Virus record (IMG/VR): IMGVR_UViG_2124908030_000016
Direction: 5' to 3' (one strand)
Source of the DNA: an uncultured virus (IMG/VR IMGVR_UViG_2124908030_000016)
Taxonomy: Duplodnaviria > Heunggongvirae > Uroviricota > Caudoviricetes
Length of the DNA stretch: 35,618 nucleotides
In this document: piece after piece, positions 18,305 through 28,014 of the stretch
Layout: each line of letters opens with the position of its first letter
How positions within the stretch are numbered: the stretch's first letter is position 1
Position numbers and translations under genes: made by a program
The notes under the pieces: model-generated
The model's database searches: none
What the model was told of the DNA's origin: nothing
The model's input: the letters and a program-made list of their open reading frames with translations, nothing else

Positions 18305-18715
18305 ATGACACAACGAACACTCGACACTGACGTTCGACGAGAGCAGCTCGTCTTCGACGAGGCCGTTGACTGGGACGACCAGTTCGGCGGGATCAAGCGA
18401 TTCAAAGATCTTCCGCCAGAGACAGCGCGAGCACTGATCGACGAGAACTACGTCGACCCCGACGGCGGACAGAATCGCTCACCGACGATGGACACGCTCG
18501 TCACAGAGGCCGAACAGTTCGACAGCGAACACGTCACGGCAGGCCTGAACGGCTACATAGTCAGTCCAGACCGGCACGACGCACGCATCTCGTTCGAGGG
18601 CATCCAGATCCGTGGCAATCTCTCGATGGACGAGGTCACAGCGTTCACAAACCAGTTCGGAGGCGCAGACGAGCTCACCACCAGCGCATCGAAGTGCCGA
18701 GCGTGGTGGGACTGA
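18305..18715 (+). CDS. hypothetical protein
   Basis: 136 aa; acidic. Confidence 0.75.
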   Translation: MTQRTLDTDVRREQLVFDEAVDWDDQFGGIKRFKDLPPETARALIDENYVDPDGGQNRSPTMDTLVTEAEQFDSEHVTAGLNGYIVSPDRHDARISFEGIQIRGNLSMDEVTAFTNQFGGADELTTSASKCRAWWD

Positions 18716-19065
18716 TGATCAATCTCGAACAGACCGAAGACGAAGTTGGACAAGCACGCAAAGCACTCCAGGAAGGAGGCGATGGAAACATCGAGTTCGC
18801 GAAGAGTGTCCTCGACGATGTCCTCGACGTTCTCGAGGAGACGAACCAACAGCAGGGACTGGAAGGCGAGCTCATCACCGACGTATACGAGATGACCGAC
18901 GGACAGGCGAGTCGCGAAGGATGGACGAGAAGTCGATTCCGACCGCCGGTCATCCTTCTATCAGACGGAACAACTATTTACCCAGCACAAGATTCCGAAG
19001 CAACGGTCCTGGTGCAATGTTTGGTACTGACAATGATGGACAGGCGTTCTTCCTCACGTCAGTGA
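18715..19065 (+). CDS. hypothetical protein, probable frameshift near 19000
   Basis: LSDGTTIYPAQDSE continues naturally as (G)NGPGAMFG in another frame. Confidence 0.55.
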   Translation: MINLEQTEDEVGQARKALQEGGDGNIEFAKSVLDDVLDVLEETNQQQGLEGELITDVYEMTDGQASREGWTRSRFRPPVILLSDGTTIYPAQDSEATVLVQCLVLTMMDRRSSSRQ

Positions 19066-19484
19066 GTGACGACAGTCCGTCGTACGACAACCCACCGAGC
19101 ACGACGATCAGAGGGGAGACCCATCGCGGGCTCCCCTGTATCGTCTGTCAACCCCACGAATACGGCTACACCGGCTACGTCAGGGTTCCAGTCGAGCTCA
19201 CTGACGAACTCCAGTGGGTGAGCGACTGGACGACCGAGGAAGAGACCATCCCGGCAGACGTCGAGGTCCACGGCGGTATCACCTACCCACCTGACGAACA
19301 CGGGTGGGTCGGCTTCGACTGCATTCACGGTGGAGACGTCTGTGTCGACGAGAACGGTGAGCGGTTACAGACCGACTGGCCAGTGCCCGGAATGAAGAAA
19401 ATATGGGCCCCCGATGACGTGATGGACGAGCTCGAGCAACTCGCCGAACAGATCCACGACCAACTCGTCAACACAGACAACTAA
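19062..19484 (+). CDS. phage-type hypothetical protein with GYV..HGGITY..GFDCxH motifs
   Basis: GYTGYVRVP, VEVHGGITY, WVGFDCIHGGD; GTGA overlap. Confidence 0.7.
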   Translation: MSDDSPSYDNPPSTTIRGETHRGLPCIVCQPHEYGYTGYVRVPVELTDELQWVSDWTTEEETIPADVEVHGGITYPPDEHGWVGFDCIHGGDVCVDENGERLQTDWPVPGMKKIWAPDDVMDELEQLAEQIHDQLVNTDN

Positions 19485-19512
19485 CACGAACACTCCAAAA
19501 CAACCACAGACG

Positions 19513-19842
19513 ATGATCCAAAGCGTCCACCGACAGAAAAACGGCATACTGATCGAGACGATGAACAACACCTACGCCTTCCACGCGGTCACCGGAGACC
19601 GCATCCGTGGAGGCACCAAGGTCGACATCGAAGGGACGGTGACCTACGTCGGCGATAGTCTCAACAAGCACTACGTCCGAAGCCACGACTTCGACGAGGT
19701 GCCCCAGGAGGTCATCGACAAGGTCACAGAGCGTGGCCTCACCGTCCTCAAAGACGTCGAGGGCGACTGGGCCAGCTGGAACGGCAGACCCGAGTTCTCC
19801 AACAGCTACGTCGACATCAGCGACGCAGAGCCCGTCGAATAA
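19513..19842 (+). CDS. hypothetical protein
   Basis: 109 aa. Confidence 0.7.
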   Translation: MIQSVHRQKNGILIETMNNTYAFHAVTGDRIRGGTKVDIEGTVTYVGDSLNKHYVRSHDFDEVPQEVIDKVTERGLTVLKDVEGDWASWNGRPEFSNSYVDISDAEPVE

Positions 19843-19859
19843 CCGCACCGCTTTCCTGA

Positions 19860-19937
19860 CCGTTGTTGCGCGAGACAGCCATAGCTCTGTCCGACTCCGT
19901 CCCGTCGTCGGAAGAACTATGTTCGTCTTGCGCATAC
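19860..19937 (+). repeat. hairpin element, copy 5 (subtype delta)
   Basis: TGCGCGAGAC..CATAG..TCCGAC..GTCGGA..CTATG..GTCTTGCGCATAC. Confidence 0.95.
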
Positions 19938-19949
19938 GTAATACTGAAG

Positions 19950-20135
19950 TTGAAAGAAGTCACTGTCAGCGTCGACTTAATACAGGAGTCGACGCACACG
20001 TTCGAAGACGTATCGGAAGACCAAGCAGAGCACAACGCAGTCATCGAGGCTGTCAACGGGGCGATCAAGTCCCTCGGGAGCAATCCCGACCTGCACGCGA
20101 CCATCGTCTCGTTCGACGAGGATGACGATGGGTGA
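19950..20135 (+). CDS. hypothetical protein (TTG start uncertain)
   Basis: Acidic ORF after the repeat, overlapping the next gene. Confidence 0.45.
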   Translation: MKEVTVSVDLIQESTHTFEDVSEDQAEHNAVIEAVNGAIKSLGSNPDLHATIVSFDEDDDG

Positions 20136-20397
20136 CATCACCTGTGGCAAGTGTGGTGAACCCTGGGGACACTACGCAATGCGTCACAACGTCGGTGACT
20201 GGGACGGCGAGCCCGACGACGCCTGGGAGCAGTTCCGAGCAGGCGAGGGCTGTCCAGTCTGTGACTGGGGCGAGAAGGCCGGCGACGTGAGTCGCTCCCG
20301 CGCCGAAGACGAAGACGACCTCCAGAGGGAGCACCTCCAGGACGTGCTCCGCGAAGACGACGGCGACCCAATCGAACGCATCCACGAGCACTTCTGA
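20128..20397 (+). CDS. zinc-finger-like protein
   Basis: CGKCGEPW..GCPVC. Confidence 0.7.
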   Translation: MGDITCGKCGEPWGHYAMRHNVGDWDGEPDDAWEQFRAGEGCPVCDWGEKAGDVSRSRAEDEDDLQREHLQDVLREDDGDPIERIHEHF

Positions 20398-20399
20398 CA

Positions 20400-20591
20400 A
20401 TGAGTGACCTCCTGTACGACGGGACGCCCGTCACAGTCGACGACGAAGAGTCACACCAGGGAGACGTGATGTTCCACATCACCGGTCCCAGAATCGACGG
20501 CTGGGTCTACGAGGACGACGAGAACCTCGAGGAGCTGCCACAGACCCCCGAGAACGCTGTCGCGCTCGACGAGGGTGTGCCACCACAATGA
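20400..20591 (+). CDS. hypothetical protein
   Basis: Acidic; coupled. Confidence 0.65.
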   Translation: MSDLLYDGTPVTVDDEESHQGDVMFHITGPRIDGWVYEDDENLEELPQTPENAVALDEGVPPQ

Positions 20592-20794
20592 CCGACGACA
20601 AAACCTACTACGTCTTCAGCACATCCACCGACCGCGTTTGGATAGTCCGTGCCGAGGATGACTCACCAGACGAAGCGATGGAGTTCCTGAACCAGCGTTA
20701 CGCAGACGCTAGCTGGGACCGACTGTACTACGAGGGCGTCCTCGATCAGTACGTCCCGAGCAGTGGCCAGCGAGATGAGCTGATCAACCCGTGA
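20588..20794 (+). CDS. hypothetical protein
   Basis: ATGA overlap. Confidence 0.65.
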   Translation: MTDDKTYYVFSTSTDRVWIVRAEDDSPDEAMEFLNQRYADASWDRLYYEGVLDQYVPSSGQRDELINP

Positions 20795-21030
20795 TAGACG
20801 AACCTGACCAGCCGACGATCGGACGAGTCACCAGGATGGACGAAGCGGTCGCCGAGCTGCCAGACGAGGAACTGTTCGACGAGATCTCGAGACTGGTCGA
20901 CTACCAGGACTGGGAGATCATCAGCCACAAGCAAGAGACGTGGCTCAGTTGCCTCCGAGACGAGCTGCTCAAGCGGGCCTCTGTCGGTGGTCCACACGCC
21001 GACTACACGGGGCCAGACGATGCCGAGTGA
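20791..21030 (+). CDS. hypothetical protein
   Basis: GTGA overlap. Confidence 0.65.
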   Translation: MIDEPDQPTIGRVTRMDEAVAELPDEELFDEISRLVDYQDWEIISHKQETWLSCLRDELLKRASVGGPHADYTGPDDAE

Positions 21031-21169
21031 CGCCGAAGCGTTCGCCGAGCGATTCGAACGAGCACAACGGCGCTGGCGCGAGTACCAGCGAAACCGTCCC
21101 CAGTACGACGGCGACTGGGCCGAGCTCGTGACGGACATCAACGAGATGATGAAAGACAACGATGAGTGA
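21020..21169 (+). CDS. hypothetical protein
   Basis: MPSDAEAF..; overlaps both neighbours. Confidence 0.55.
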   Translation: MPSDAEAFAERFERAQRRWREYQRNRPQYDGDWAELVTDINEMMKDNDE

Positions 21170-21377
21170 CATCGACCCGGCCATCGAACAGCGCATCAAG
21201 AGCATCAAGGCGAAACAAGAGTACCTCGCCAAACAGCTCGGCGAGCTCGAGAACGGCGAACGAGCGGTAACGCAAGAAGAACTCGACGACATCAAACAGG
21301 CAATGGAGGAGGCCAGACAAGAGATGCAGGAGATCAAAGTCGAACTCGTAGCGCACGGACTGATCACCGATGAGTGA
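21162..21377 (+). CDS. small coiled-coil protein
   Basis: Heptad-like E/K/Q/L-rich sequence. Confidence 0.65.
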   Translation: MSDIDPAIEQRIKSIKAKQEYLAKQLGELENGERAVTQEELDDIKQAMEEARQEMQEIKVELVAHGLITDE

Positions 21378-21525
21378 CGAAGACATCTGCAACCAGTGTG
21401 GCCGTCCCCGGAGTGAGCACGGCCTCGACCAGCGTACACTGGAGCCGACGAAGTGTCCCGCCAAGAGAGAAGAGACGACGACACCTCCACAGGAACACGT
21501 GCGGAGTCCTCGAGGAGACTACTGA
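21370..21525 (+). CDS. 51-aa Cys/His microprotein
   Basis: MSDEDICNQCGRPRSEH..C; manual translation. Confidence 0.5.
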   Translation: MSDEDICNQCGRPRSEHGLDQRTLEPTKCPAKREETTTPPQEHVRSPRGDY

Positions 21526-21548
21526 ACCGCGTCATACCGCTGACCGCA

Positions 21549-21626
21549 CCGTTGTTGCGCGAGACTGACATAGCTCTATCCGACTCCGTCCCGTCGTCGG
21601 AAGAACTATGTTCGTCTTGCGCATAC
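21549..21626 (+). repeat. hairpin element, copy 6 (subtype delta)
   Basis: Differs from copy 5 at only about 3 positions. Confidence 0.95.
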
Positions 21627-21657
21627 TACAGAATGCAGTCAATAACAGTTCAGTCTA

Positions 21658-22518
21658 ATGAGTGATGAAGAACCGGCACTCAGTGAGATGGGGGCCAACG
21701 AACGAGACGCAGCGTCAACTATCAACCTCGACGTCTCGGGGACGGTCGGGCCAGACTACCTCGGCCAGCAGACCACGAACGTCGACGGTCACTTCGCAGA
21801 CCGGCCCGGTGTGCAGAGCCGACGACCAGAGCAAAGTCACAGAGACGACCCACAGATCGCCCGGATGGACACCGGTGAGGAACTGCCAGTGCTCCTATCG
21901 TCGTCGATGAGCGCCGATCCGTGCGAGGGCACCCAGGGGAGTTACACCCAGATCGTCGAAGGCGAGTGCAACCGGTGTGGCTACGACCGACTCGTCCAGA
22001 CGGTCGTCACGCTACCCGGCGAGCGCCGTCACAAGTGCAACGCCTGTAACGCCATCCAGAAGCCTCGCTCGGACTCGGGCTACCGGATGCCAGAGACGTC
22101 GCGTGAGCGGGCCCAGAAAGCAAAGGAGCGAGGCGAGAAGGTCGGGCCGGCTGGCAGCCTCGGCGAGCTGTACGTCCAGTCTGACCGGCGTGTCGAGGCA
22201 ATCAGTGACAAGTCGATCACGCAGTTCTGGGAGGGCGACATCCTCGAGCTCCTCGAGGCCGGTCTGGACAGTGGCCACGTCGCACCCGAAGACGTCATCG
22301 GCCTGTTCGACTGGGGCCGTCTGAAAGATTGCCGACTGGGCCAACTCAGGCCCAAGCAAACCGGACTGGACGGGTTCGGCTGGGTCGGACTGGCAATGAA
22401 GGTCACGCCAGACCACGTCGGGGTTCAGGAGCGAGACCGGCGTGTGCTCCTGGCCGGCACCGACGACGAACAGGCACGCAAACAAGAGCTGTGCGGACTG
22501 CTGTTCGAAGACCAATGA
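21658..22518 (+). CDS. hypothetical protein with zinc ribbon
   Basis: CNRCGYDR..CNAC. Confidence 0.7.
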   Translation: MSDEEPALSEMGANERDAASTINLDVSGTVGPDYLGQQTTNVDGHFADRPGVQSRRPEQSHRDDPQIARMDTGEELPVLLSSSMSADPCEGTQGSYTQIVEGECNRCGYDRLVQTVVTLPGERRHKCNACNAIQKPRSDSGYRMPETSRERAQKAKERGEKVGPAGSLGELYVQSDRRVEAISDKSITQFWEGDILELLEAGLDSGHVAPEDVIGLFDWGRLKDCRLGQLRPKQTGLDGFGWVGLAMKVTPDHVGVQERDRRVLLAGTDDEQARKQELCGLLFEDQ

Positions 22519-22853
22519 CGATAGTCAACGCAACCGAGTACAAGTCACAGTCGACGTACGAATTGATAGACGACCTCGACATCGAGGCCAGCGAGAAGTT
22601 CACAGTCCTGTCTGACGACCAACAGAAAGCGGTCGTCGAGATGCACAACGAGATCTGTGACGACTGGGGCGGTGAGCAAATCACCGTCGAGGACCTGTCT
22701 GACCCACCGGAAGAACTGGTCGAGCACTGGCAGGAGTACCACCCGTGGGCAGGAAACCAGATCCTGACCGAAGTGCTCGAGATGCGCGACACGGAGTACG
22801 CGTTCCTCGTGGAGACCCACAACCTGATGACCGTTGTCGAAATCGAACGATGA
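22515..22853 (+). CDS. hypothetical acidic protein
   Basis: ATGA overlaps. Confidence 0.7.
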   Translation: MTIVNATEYKSQSTYELIDDLDIEASEKFTVLSDDQQKAVVEMHNEICDDWGGEQITVEDLSDPPEELVEHWQEYHPWAGNQILTEVLEMRDTEYAFLVETHNLMTVVEIER

Positions 22854-23191
22854 AAGTCACCACAACCCTGACCATCACGGCGCGATTCAAGGATAGCTTC
22901 GCGAAGCCACGACGACACGAAGAGGCGATGGAACTCGTCGCTCGCTACCACTGTGAGCAGTGTCACAACCGGCGAGCGGGAGTCAACGCAGAGGCCGATG
23001 CGGACGAGCACGGACGACTGACGATCTACATCGACCGCGAGGTCTCTCCGACCGTCCCGGTCGCAGACGTCGCAGACGACGTCAGAGAAGCGCTCCTCCC
23101 AGAGATGGTTGCAGACGTCGAGGCACACCCGTACGTCGCAGAGATCGTCGGGAAGGTCGTCGAGCCATACCGTGCAGCAATCGAACAATGA
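22850..23191 (+). CDS. hypothetical protein
   Basis: ATGA overlaps. Confidence 0.65.
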   Translation: MKVTTTLTITARFKDSFAKPRRHEEAMELVARYHCEQCHNRRAGVNAEADADEHGRLTIYIDREVSPTVPVADVADDVREALLPEMVADVEAHPYVAEIVGKVVEPYRAAIEQ

Positions 23192-23535
23192 CAGACACCA
23201 AGACAAAGACCTACGCAAACTGGACTGACCGAGACAAGCGCGAGCAGTACCGCTCAGCAATCCAGATGTCAGCCGACGTCATCGAAGACCGGCTCGAAGA
23301 GGACCCACACGGTCGGGACGTTTCCGAGCTGGTGTTCAACGAGATCGACTCGTCTCAGTGGATCATCTACAACGCCCGGAACCTCGCTGTCCTCCGATTC
23401 GCAGACAACGAGCCCACGGAGTGGCAGGCGTTCGTCGAGGACGGCGCACACTGGCGAGACGTCATCCAAGCGATGGCATTCACTGCAATGCGAATGGACC
23501 TGTACGGCGAGTGCCGAGAGCGTGATCTGCTGTGA
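23188..23535 (+). CDS. hypothetical protein
   Basis: ATGA/GTGA overlaps. Confidence 0.7.
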   Translation: MTDTKTKTYANWTDRDKREQYRSAIQMSADVIEDRLEEDPHGRDVSELVFNEIDSSQWIIYNARNLAVLRFADNEPTEWQAFVEDGAHWRDVIQAMAFTAMRMDLYGECRERDLL

Positions 23536-24026
23536 AGCGGTACACCATCGCCATCGAGTCGCTGTTCAACGTCGAAGCGAGCACAGAACAAGAGGCACTG
23601 GCGATCATCGAACAGCAGTTCGTCGACGGCGAGATCAGCAAAGAGTGCCTCGAGTTCAAGCCCGTTGCAACCGCAGACCTGAACCCCAATCACAACACAC
23701 CTGAGGACATCCCAGACGGGTTCGTCGACGTCGAGGAGACAAGCCTCACGCTCCCAGACCTCCCCGGCGACTGGGAGTACGGTAACGCCAGCAAATCGAG
23801 ACTCCTCTTCGGACGTAACTCCGGCAGTGTTGGAGGGTATTTCGGCGAGATAGACACCTACGTCAGTGATGGGGAGAATAAGTGGGATCTTCACATCCGA
23901 CCGATTGTCGACAACGGCACCGAGAGCGGAACGCCACGAGGTGAGCCCTCGACCGTCGAGACGTTCGACACACTCCACGAGGCAATCGAAACGCTCCCAG
24001 AACACATCGGAACCTACTACGAATGA
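23532..24026 (+). CDS. hypothetical protein
   Basis: GTGA overlap; 164 aa. Confidence 0.7.
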   Translation: MKRYTIAIESLFNVEASTEQEALAIIEQQFVDGEISKECLEFKPVATADLNPNHNTPEDIPDGFVDVEETSLTLPDLPGDWEYGNASKSRLLFGRNSGSVGGYFGEIDTYVSDGENKWDLHIRPIVDNGTESGTPRGEPSTVETFDTLHEAIETLPEHIGTYYE

Positions 24027-24223
24027 CAGAGCCAGTCAACAGCAAGGAGTGCGACCACGACGTCCTCGAGCTCGTCACTGCCGGCGAGTGGAACGCGAGG
24101 CGATACGAGGACCTCTACCGATGCGCGGACTGTGACTTCGAAGTCGTCGAACGGTTCACGTCTGACGGCTTCTACGACGGCGTCGAGCAGTTCGACATCA
24201 GCGACGTCGAGGAACTCCGCTGA
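24023..24223 (+). CDS. small zinc-binding protein
   Basis: CDH..CADC. Confidence 0.65.
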   Translation: MTEPVNSKECDHDVLELVTAGEWNARRYEDLYRCADCDFEVVERFTSDGFYDGVEQFDISDVEELR

Positions 24224-24232
24224 CACAGCTAT

Positions 24233-24310
24233 CCGTTCGTGCACGACATAGCCATAGCTCTATCCGACTCCGTTCCGTCGTGGGACGAACTATGTTCGTG
24301 TCGCGCATAC
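24233..24310 (+). repeat. hairpin element, copy 7 (subtype delta)
   Basis: TGCACGACAT..CATAG..CTATG..GTGTCGCGCATAC. Confidence 0.95.
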
Positions 24311-24455
24311 TGTGGGTTACAGATGTCGGTCGAACCAGCACCAACCGAACAGCAGAAAGAGAGAACACAAAGAGACCAACACTAATGACAGAAACGTACA
24401 CAGTCGGCATCGACGACCTGTTCTACGAGTCCGAGGACATCGAGGTCGAAAACTG

Positions 24456-24659
24456 ATGCCCTGCTTCGAACAGTTCCCCGACGAGATCGACGAAGAGAGA
24501 GACAGACCAATCGGAGCCATCGGGATCAACTTCAGCTTCCCGACCGACGTCCGAGAGGACGAGACGCCCAAAGAGGCGGTCCAACGCTGGATCGACGAAC
24601 AGAGCGACGAAGAACTCGCCGAGTTCGTCCGCGAGCGGACCTGGGAGTACTGGTACTGA
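24456..24659 (+). CDS. hypothetical acidic protein (preceded by 23-aa ORF 24385-24456)
   Basis: MPCFEQFPD..; stop abuts repeat copy 8. Confidence 0.6.
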   Translation: MPCFEQFPDEIDEERDRPIGAIGINFSFPTDVREDETPKEAVQRWIDEQSDEELAEFVRERTWEYWY

Positions 24660-24737
24660 CCATTTCTGCGCGACACGGCACTAACCCGCATCGGCTCCCG
24701 ATAGTCTCCGATGGAGTTATGTGCGTGTCGCGCATAC
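24660..24737 (+). repeat. hairpin element, copy 8 (subtype beta)
   Basis: Directly after TGA; TGCGCGACAC-G-GCAC-TAAC..GTTA-T-GTGC-GTGTCGCGCATAC. Confidence 0.95.
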
Positions 24738-24757
24738 TTCAACCCGAAGTCAGACAG

Positions 24758-24910
24758 ATGAAGCTAGTTAGTCACGGTCACGTCACGTTCGACGAATCGA
24801 GCGGTGAACGCATCGAAGAGCTGGTCTGGGACGCGCTCAGGGACGCGCCCGGTATCACGGCGACCTGGTACGAGGGAGAGCTGATCATCCTGAAAGACAA
24901 AGCCAAATGA
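24758..24910 (+). CDS. hypothetical 50-aa protein
   Basis: First ATG after the repeat; ATGA overlap. Confidence 0.6.
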   Translation: MKLVSHGHVTFDESSGERIEELVWDALRDAPGITATWYEGELIILKDKAK

Positions 24911-25278
24911 GAACGTTCGACATCACCCGCAGCACGTTCCGAGAGTTCGTGAATGCGGTCGACGGTGAGTACAAGGAGTACGAACAGAAGCAGATCCTCG
25001 AGTTCAAAGACAACGAGACAACTCTCGTCCACGACCCCGATGAGGAAACCATCGAGATCACCCGCTACGAGGACTACGGACTCAGTATCAAAGCGACCCT
25101 TCCGGTCGGCCAGTGCGAGATCTCGCAGATGCCCGACGACCACAACCTGTTGACGATGCTCAGCACCACCGACGCCACAGCGTCGGCGTTCACACGTACA
25201 GCCCGGAAGCCAGCTACCGCGCAAACGGGAGATCAAGATGGGGGACGACGAGTTCCAGGATATGGTGATCACCGATGA
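24907..25278 (+). CDS. hypothetical protein
   Basis: ATGA overlap. Confidence 0.65.
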   Translation: MRTFDITRSTFREFVNAVDGEYKEYEQKQILEFKDNETTLVHDPDEETIEITRYEDYGLSIKATLPVGQCEISQMPDDHNLLTMLSTTDATASAFTRTARKPATAQTGDQDGGRRVPGYGDHR

Positions 25279-25740
25279 GTAGCTACGACACCCGGCTCCG
25301 ATCCGAGCTACACAAGCTGTACGACCACTCAGCGGGCTGGACGACTCTCCTTTCGTGCTTCCGTGACGATCGCGACGCCGACAGACGTCGTACTCCCAAT
25401 GTGCTCATCTACATCACGAGGAGTCACGACTGGCTACGGGGTCGACGTCGGTGACGTGATCATCGCACCAGGCAACGGTGACGTCGACCCTGTCCCAGAC
25501 AAGGACGTCGACCACGTCCTCGGCTACCTGAACGATGCGTTCTACGACGAGCATCCAGAACTAACGAAGATATCACCGGACGACGACCGCTGGCCGACCG
25601 AAGACGACCCGGTGAGCGTACTGGCCGAGGTACAGCTGGAATTCGTCCGTCACGAGCGCTGGTGTCTGACGGCTTATAGCTTCGACCTCGAAGAGGAGCG
25701 CATCAACCACTGGAGCGACCGGAGCACAGTCACCCAATGA
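25275..25740 (+). CDS. hypothetical protein, apparently frameshifted near 25400-25450
   Basis: Coupled ATG 25275 frame stops at 25454; the acidic C-terminal part is in another frame ending 25740. Confidence 0.45.
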
Positions 25741-26054
25741 GCACGACCGCATCAATCAATCTCCAGTACAGCGACGGCACGACATCCGGGTCAGTGACTA
25801 TCGTGTGCAGTCACGACGGCTACCCGGAAAGCATTGTTGACGGACTACTCGCTGACCTCGCCGAGACCTATCGAAAAGAGGGGTTGGCAGCACTCTTGGA
25901 CAACATCATCAGTGACCTCGACACCGCTGATGGACCGCACTTCGCGACTCTCGAGTACAACTACGACGCCACGCTCACTCCCGACGAACAGAGCGTGAGC
26001 TGGGAAGCCCGAGACTACGAATCCGAATCCGGAACGAAAACGAGAGAACTCTAA
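25737..26054 (+). CDS. phage-type hypothetical protein with HDGYP motif
   Basis: IVCSHDGYPE. Confidence 0.65.
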   Translation: MSTTASINLQYSDGTTSGSVTIVCSHDGYPESIVDGLLADLAETYRKEGLAALLDNIISDLDTADGPHFATLEYNYDATLTPDEQSVSWEARDYESESGTKTREL

Positions 26055-26608
26055 TGACACTCGACAGCGACCATCACAAGCAGAATCATCAGACAATGAT
26101 CACGACCACCACCCGCCAGAGCAACGAGGGGAACACAGTCACGATGCTCGGTGGATGGGGCATCAACTGTAACGAGATCCAGGCGGGCGACATCGTCAAT
26201 GATGAGTTCGCACTGAGCAAGTACGGTGAACCGATCCAGTACTCCCAACTCCCAGTTCGGTCGGTCGACGAGCGCGACCCCGGACACGACATCCCGTGTG
26301 CGTTCTGTAACGACGACACGCACGTCCAGGAGCGCCTCGGAAGCTCACTCAAGCACAGCGAGGAAGACATCCTCGACATCACCTACGAGCGTGACGGGTC
26401 GACCCACACTGGGGTCATCTTAAACCTCGACACGAACCACCCAGATGGATGGCAGGTCGTGCTGGTCGGTGGAACAGCCGTGCCACTCAACGACGTCGTT
26501 GAGGTCGGTGATGAGTACGACGGCATCGTCAAGGCCGACTACGCGCTAGTCGGAACCGAGACGCTGGAACTCCACGGCTTCGGCTGTCACGCCTGTGTCC
26601 AGCGATGA
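26054..26608 (+). CDS. hypothetical protein (CxxC pair); start uncertain
   Basis: CAFC..CHAC. Confidence 0.65.
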   Translation: MTLDSDHHKQNHQTMITTTTRQSNEGNTVTMLGGWGINCNEIQAGDIVNDEFALSKYGEPIQYSQLPVRSVDERDPGHDIPCAFCNDDTHVQERLGSSLKHSEEDILDITYERDGSTHTGVILNLDTNHPDGWQVVLVGGTAVPLNDVVEVGDEYDGIVKADYALVGTETLELHGFGCHACVQR

Positions 26609-26874
26609 TCCTCACCGGTGAGTGTCCCGACGGTACGGAGTACCAGCTTGAGGAACGGCCAGACGACGACGTCGACAACTACTCACTCCGGATCGGACCG
26701 ACGTACATCGAGTTCTCGTCAGTCCAGTGGGCAGACCACGTACTCCTCCTGCTCTCCGCCGATGGTGGCGGATACGTGAGCGTCAGTCACGACGTGCCCG
26801 GTCGGGAGTGCGATATCGACGACGAGCTCTGCAACACGCTCCTGGAACTCAACGATGGAGAGACAAACACTTAG
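26605..26874 (+). CDS. hypothetical protein
   Basis: ATGA overlap. Confidence 0.65.
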   Translation: MILTGECPDGTEYQLEERPDDDVDNYSLRIGPTYIEFSSVQWADHVLLLLSADGGGYVSVSHDVPGRECDIDDELCNTLLELNDGETNT

Positions 26875-27175
26875 ACTCAGGGGTGAACAGACACTCTGGA
26901 GGAACAAACACTTTCCTGACGACGAAAACGAGTACAACTGGCAGTTCCACTACGAACAGATGCGACTCACTCGTCGTGATCCACCGGTCACCAAGGAGAT
27001 CATCAACCATCTTCTGGCCAACGGTGTGGTCCTGGGCGACCCAAATCACATCGACCGCGTGAAATTCCTGGACATCATCGACGGGGTCCGGTGGGAGATC
27101 ATCGTCGCGGTCGACGATCTCAATCCACCAGCGCTACTCACTGTCTTCAGTTCCGAACACGAGCAACGACAATGA
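26855..27175 (+). CDS. hypothetical protein, weak resemblance to DUF4258/BECR-type fold
   Basis: ..VTKEIINHLLANG..WEIIVAV..ALLTVF pattern only. Confidence 0.4.
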   Translation: MERQTLRLRGEQTLWRNKHFPDDENEYNWQFHYEQMRLTRRDPPVTKEIINHLLANGVVLGDPNHIDRVKFLDIIDGVRWEIIVAVDDLNPPALLTVFSSEHEQRQ

Positions 27176-27354
27176 CACTCGATCTCACAGCAATCAGCGA
27201 ACGGATTGATGACCTCCGAGACGAACGGGCTCGTCTCGAGCAGCGAGATCCTAACACTACGACAGACGACGTCCTCAACGGGGCCAGACGGACAGCAATC
27301 ATCGCAGAGATTCACCATCTCACGGCAATCAAACATACAAACCACAACCAATGA
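27172..27354 (+). CDS. hypothetical protein
   Basis: ATGA overlaps. Confidence 0.55.
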   Translation: MTLDLTAISERIDDLRDERARLEQRDPNTTTDDVLNGARRTAIIAEIHHLTAIKHTNHNQ

Positions 27355-27611
27355 ACCCAACCACGAGAGTCAAGCACGACGACATCACAATCGACGTTCA
27401 CGACGAGGAAGACGCAGTAACTGTCACCACCGGGTCGTACCGATACGGTCACCCAGGACTGGCACTCACGATCCACTTCGACTACCTCAACGAGCTCGTC
27501 GACGAGGACATCCAGGACGACACCGAGAAACTCCTGGACATCGCCATCGACCGCGCTGTCGGCCGTATCGACACGCTGAACGAAGAGTCCGTACTCAACT
27601 ACGATGACTAA
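27351..27611 (+). CDS. hypothetical protein
   Basis: Acidic; coupled. Confidence 0.7.
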   Translation: MNPTTRVKHDDITIDVHDEEDAVTVTTGSYRYGHPGLALTIHFDYLNELVDEDIQDDTEKLLDIAIDRAVGRIDTLNEESVLNYDD

Positions 27612-28014
27612 GATCAACACGTCGATCGACATCCAGCACGGACTCGAACGAGCGTTCCGAGAAACCCTCCGAGGACACGGAATCAAGCCGAAGAACATCC
27701 CGAACCTCGAGGTCACCGAGACCGTCCTCAACATCGGGGACTACTTCGACGTTGAAGCCTTCCGGGAGTCCCACGTCGGCGAGGTCGACAACATCGACCA
27801 CGTGGTCCACGAAACCTACGCGCCGTACTGGCTCTACCTCACGGGCGTCCCCGAGATCGAGCTCAGCGAGGTCGACCACAACAGTCCGATGCGAGAACTC
27901 GACATCACCGTCGACATCACGACCGACAACGACGGCACTCTGCTGAACACGCGCTACCAGCGACTACTCGGCTGTCTGCTCGGCGACGCCGTGGCACGGA
28001 GGATGGACAAATGA
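27604..28014 (+). CDS. hypothetical protein
   Basis: 136 aa; coupled. Confidence 0.7.
   Translation: MTKINTSIDIQHGLERAFRETLRGHGIKPKNIPNLEVTETVLNIGDYFDVEAFRESHVGEVDNIDHVVHETYAPYWLYLTGVPEIELSEVDHNSPMRELDITVDITTDNDGTLLNTRYQRLLGCLLGDAVARRMDK

Noticed and set aside
18612..19484. 290-aa ORF as a single gene
   Set aside because: The Arg-rich 5' part overlaps two other genes; the real gene probably starts at GTG 19062
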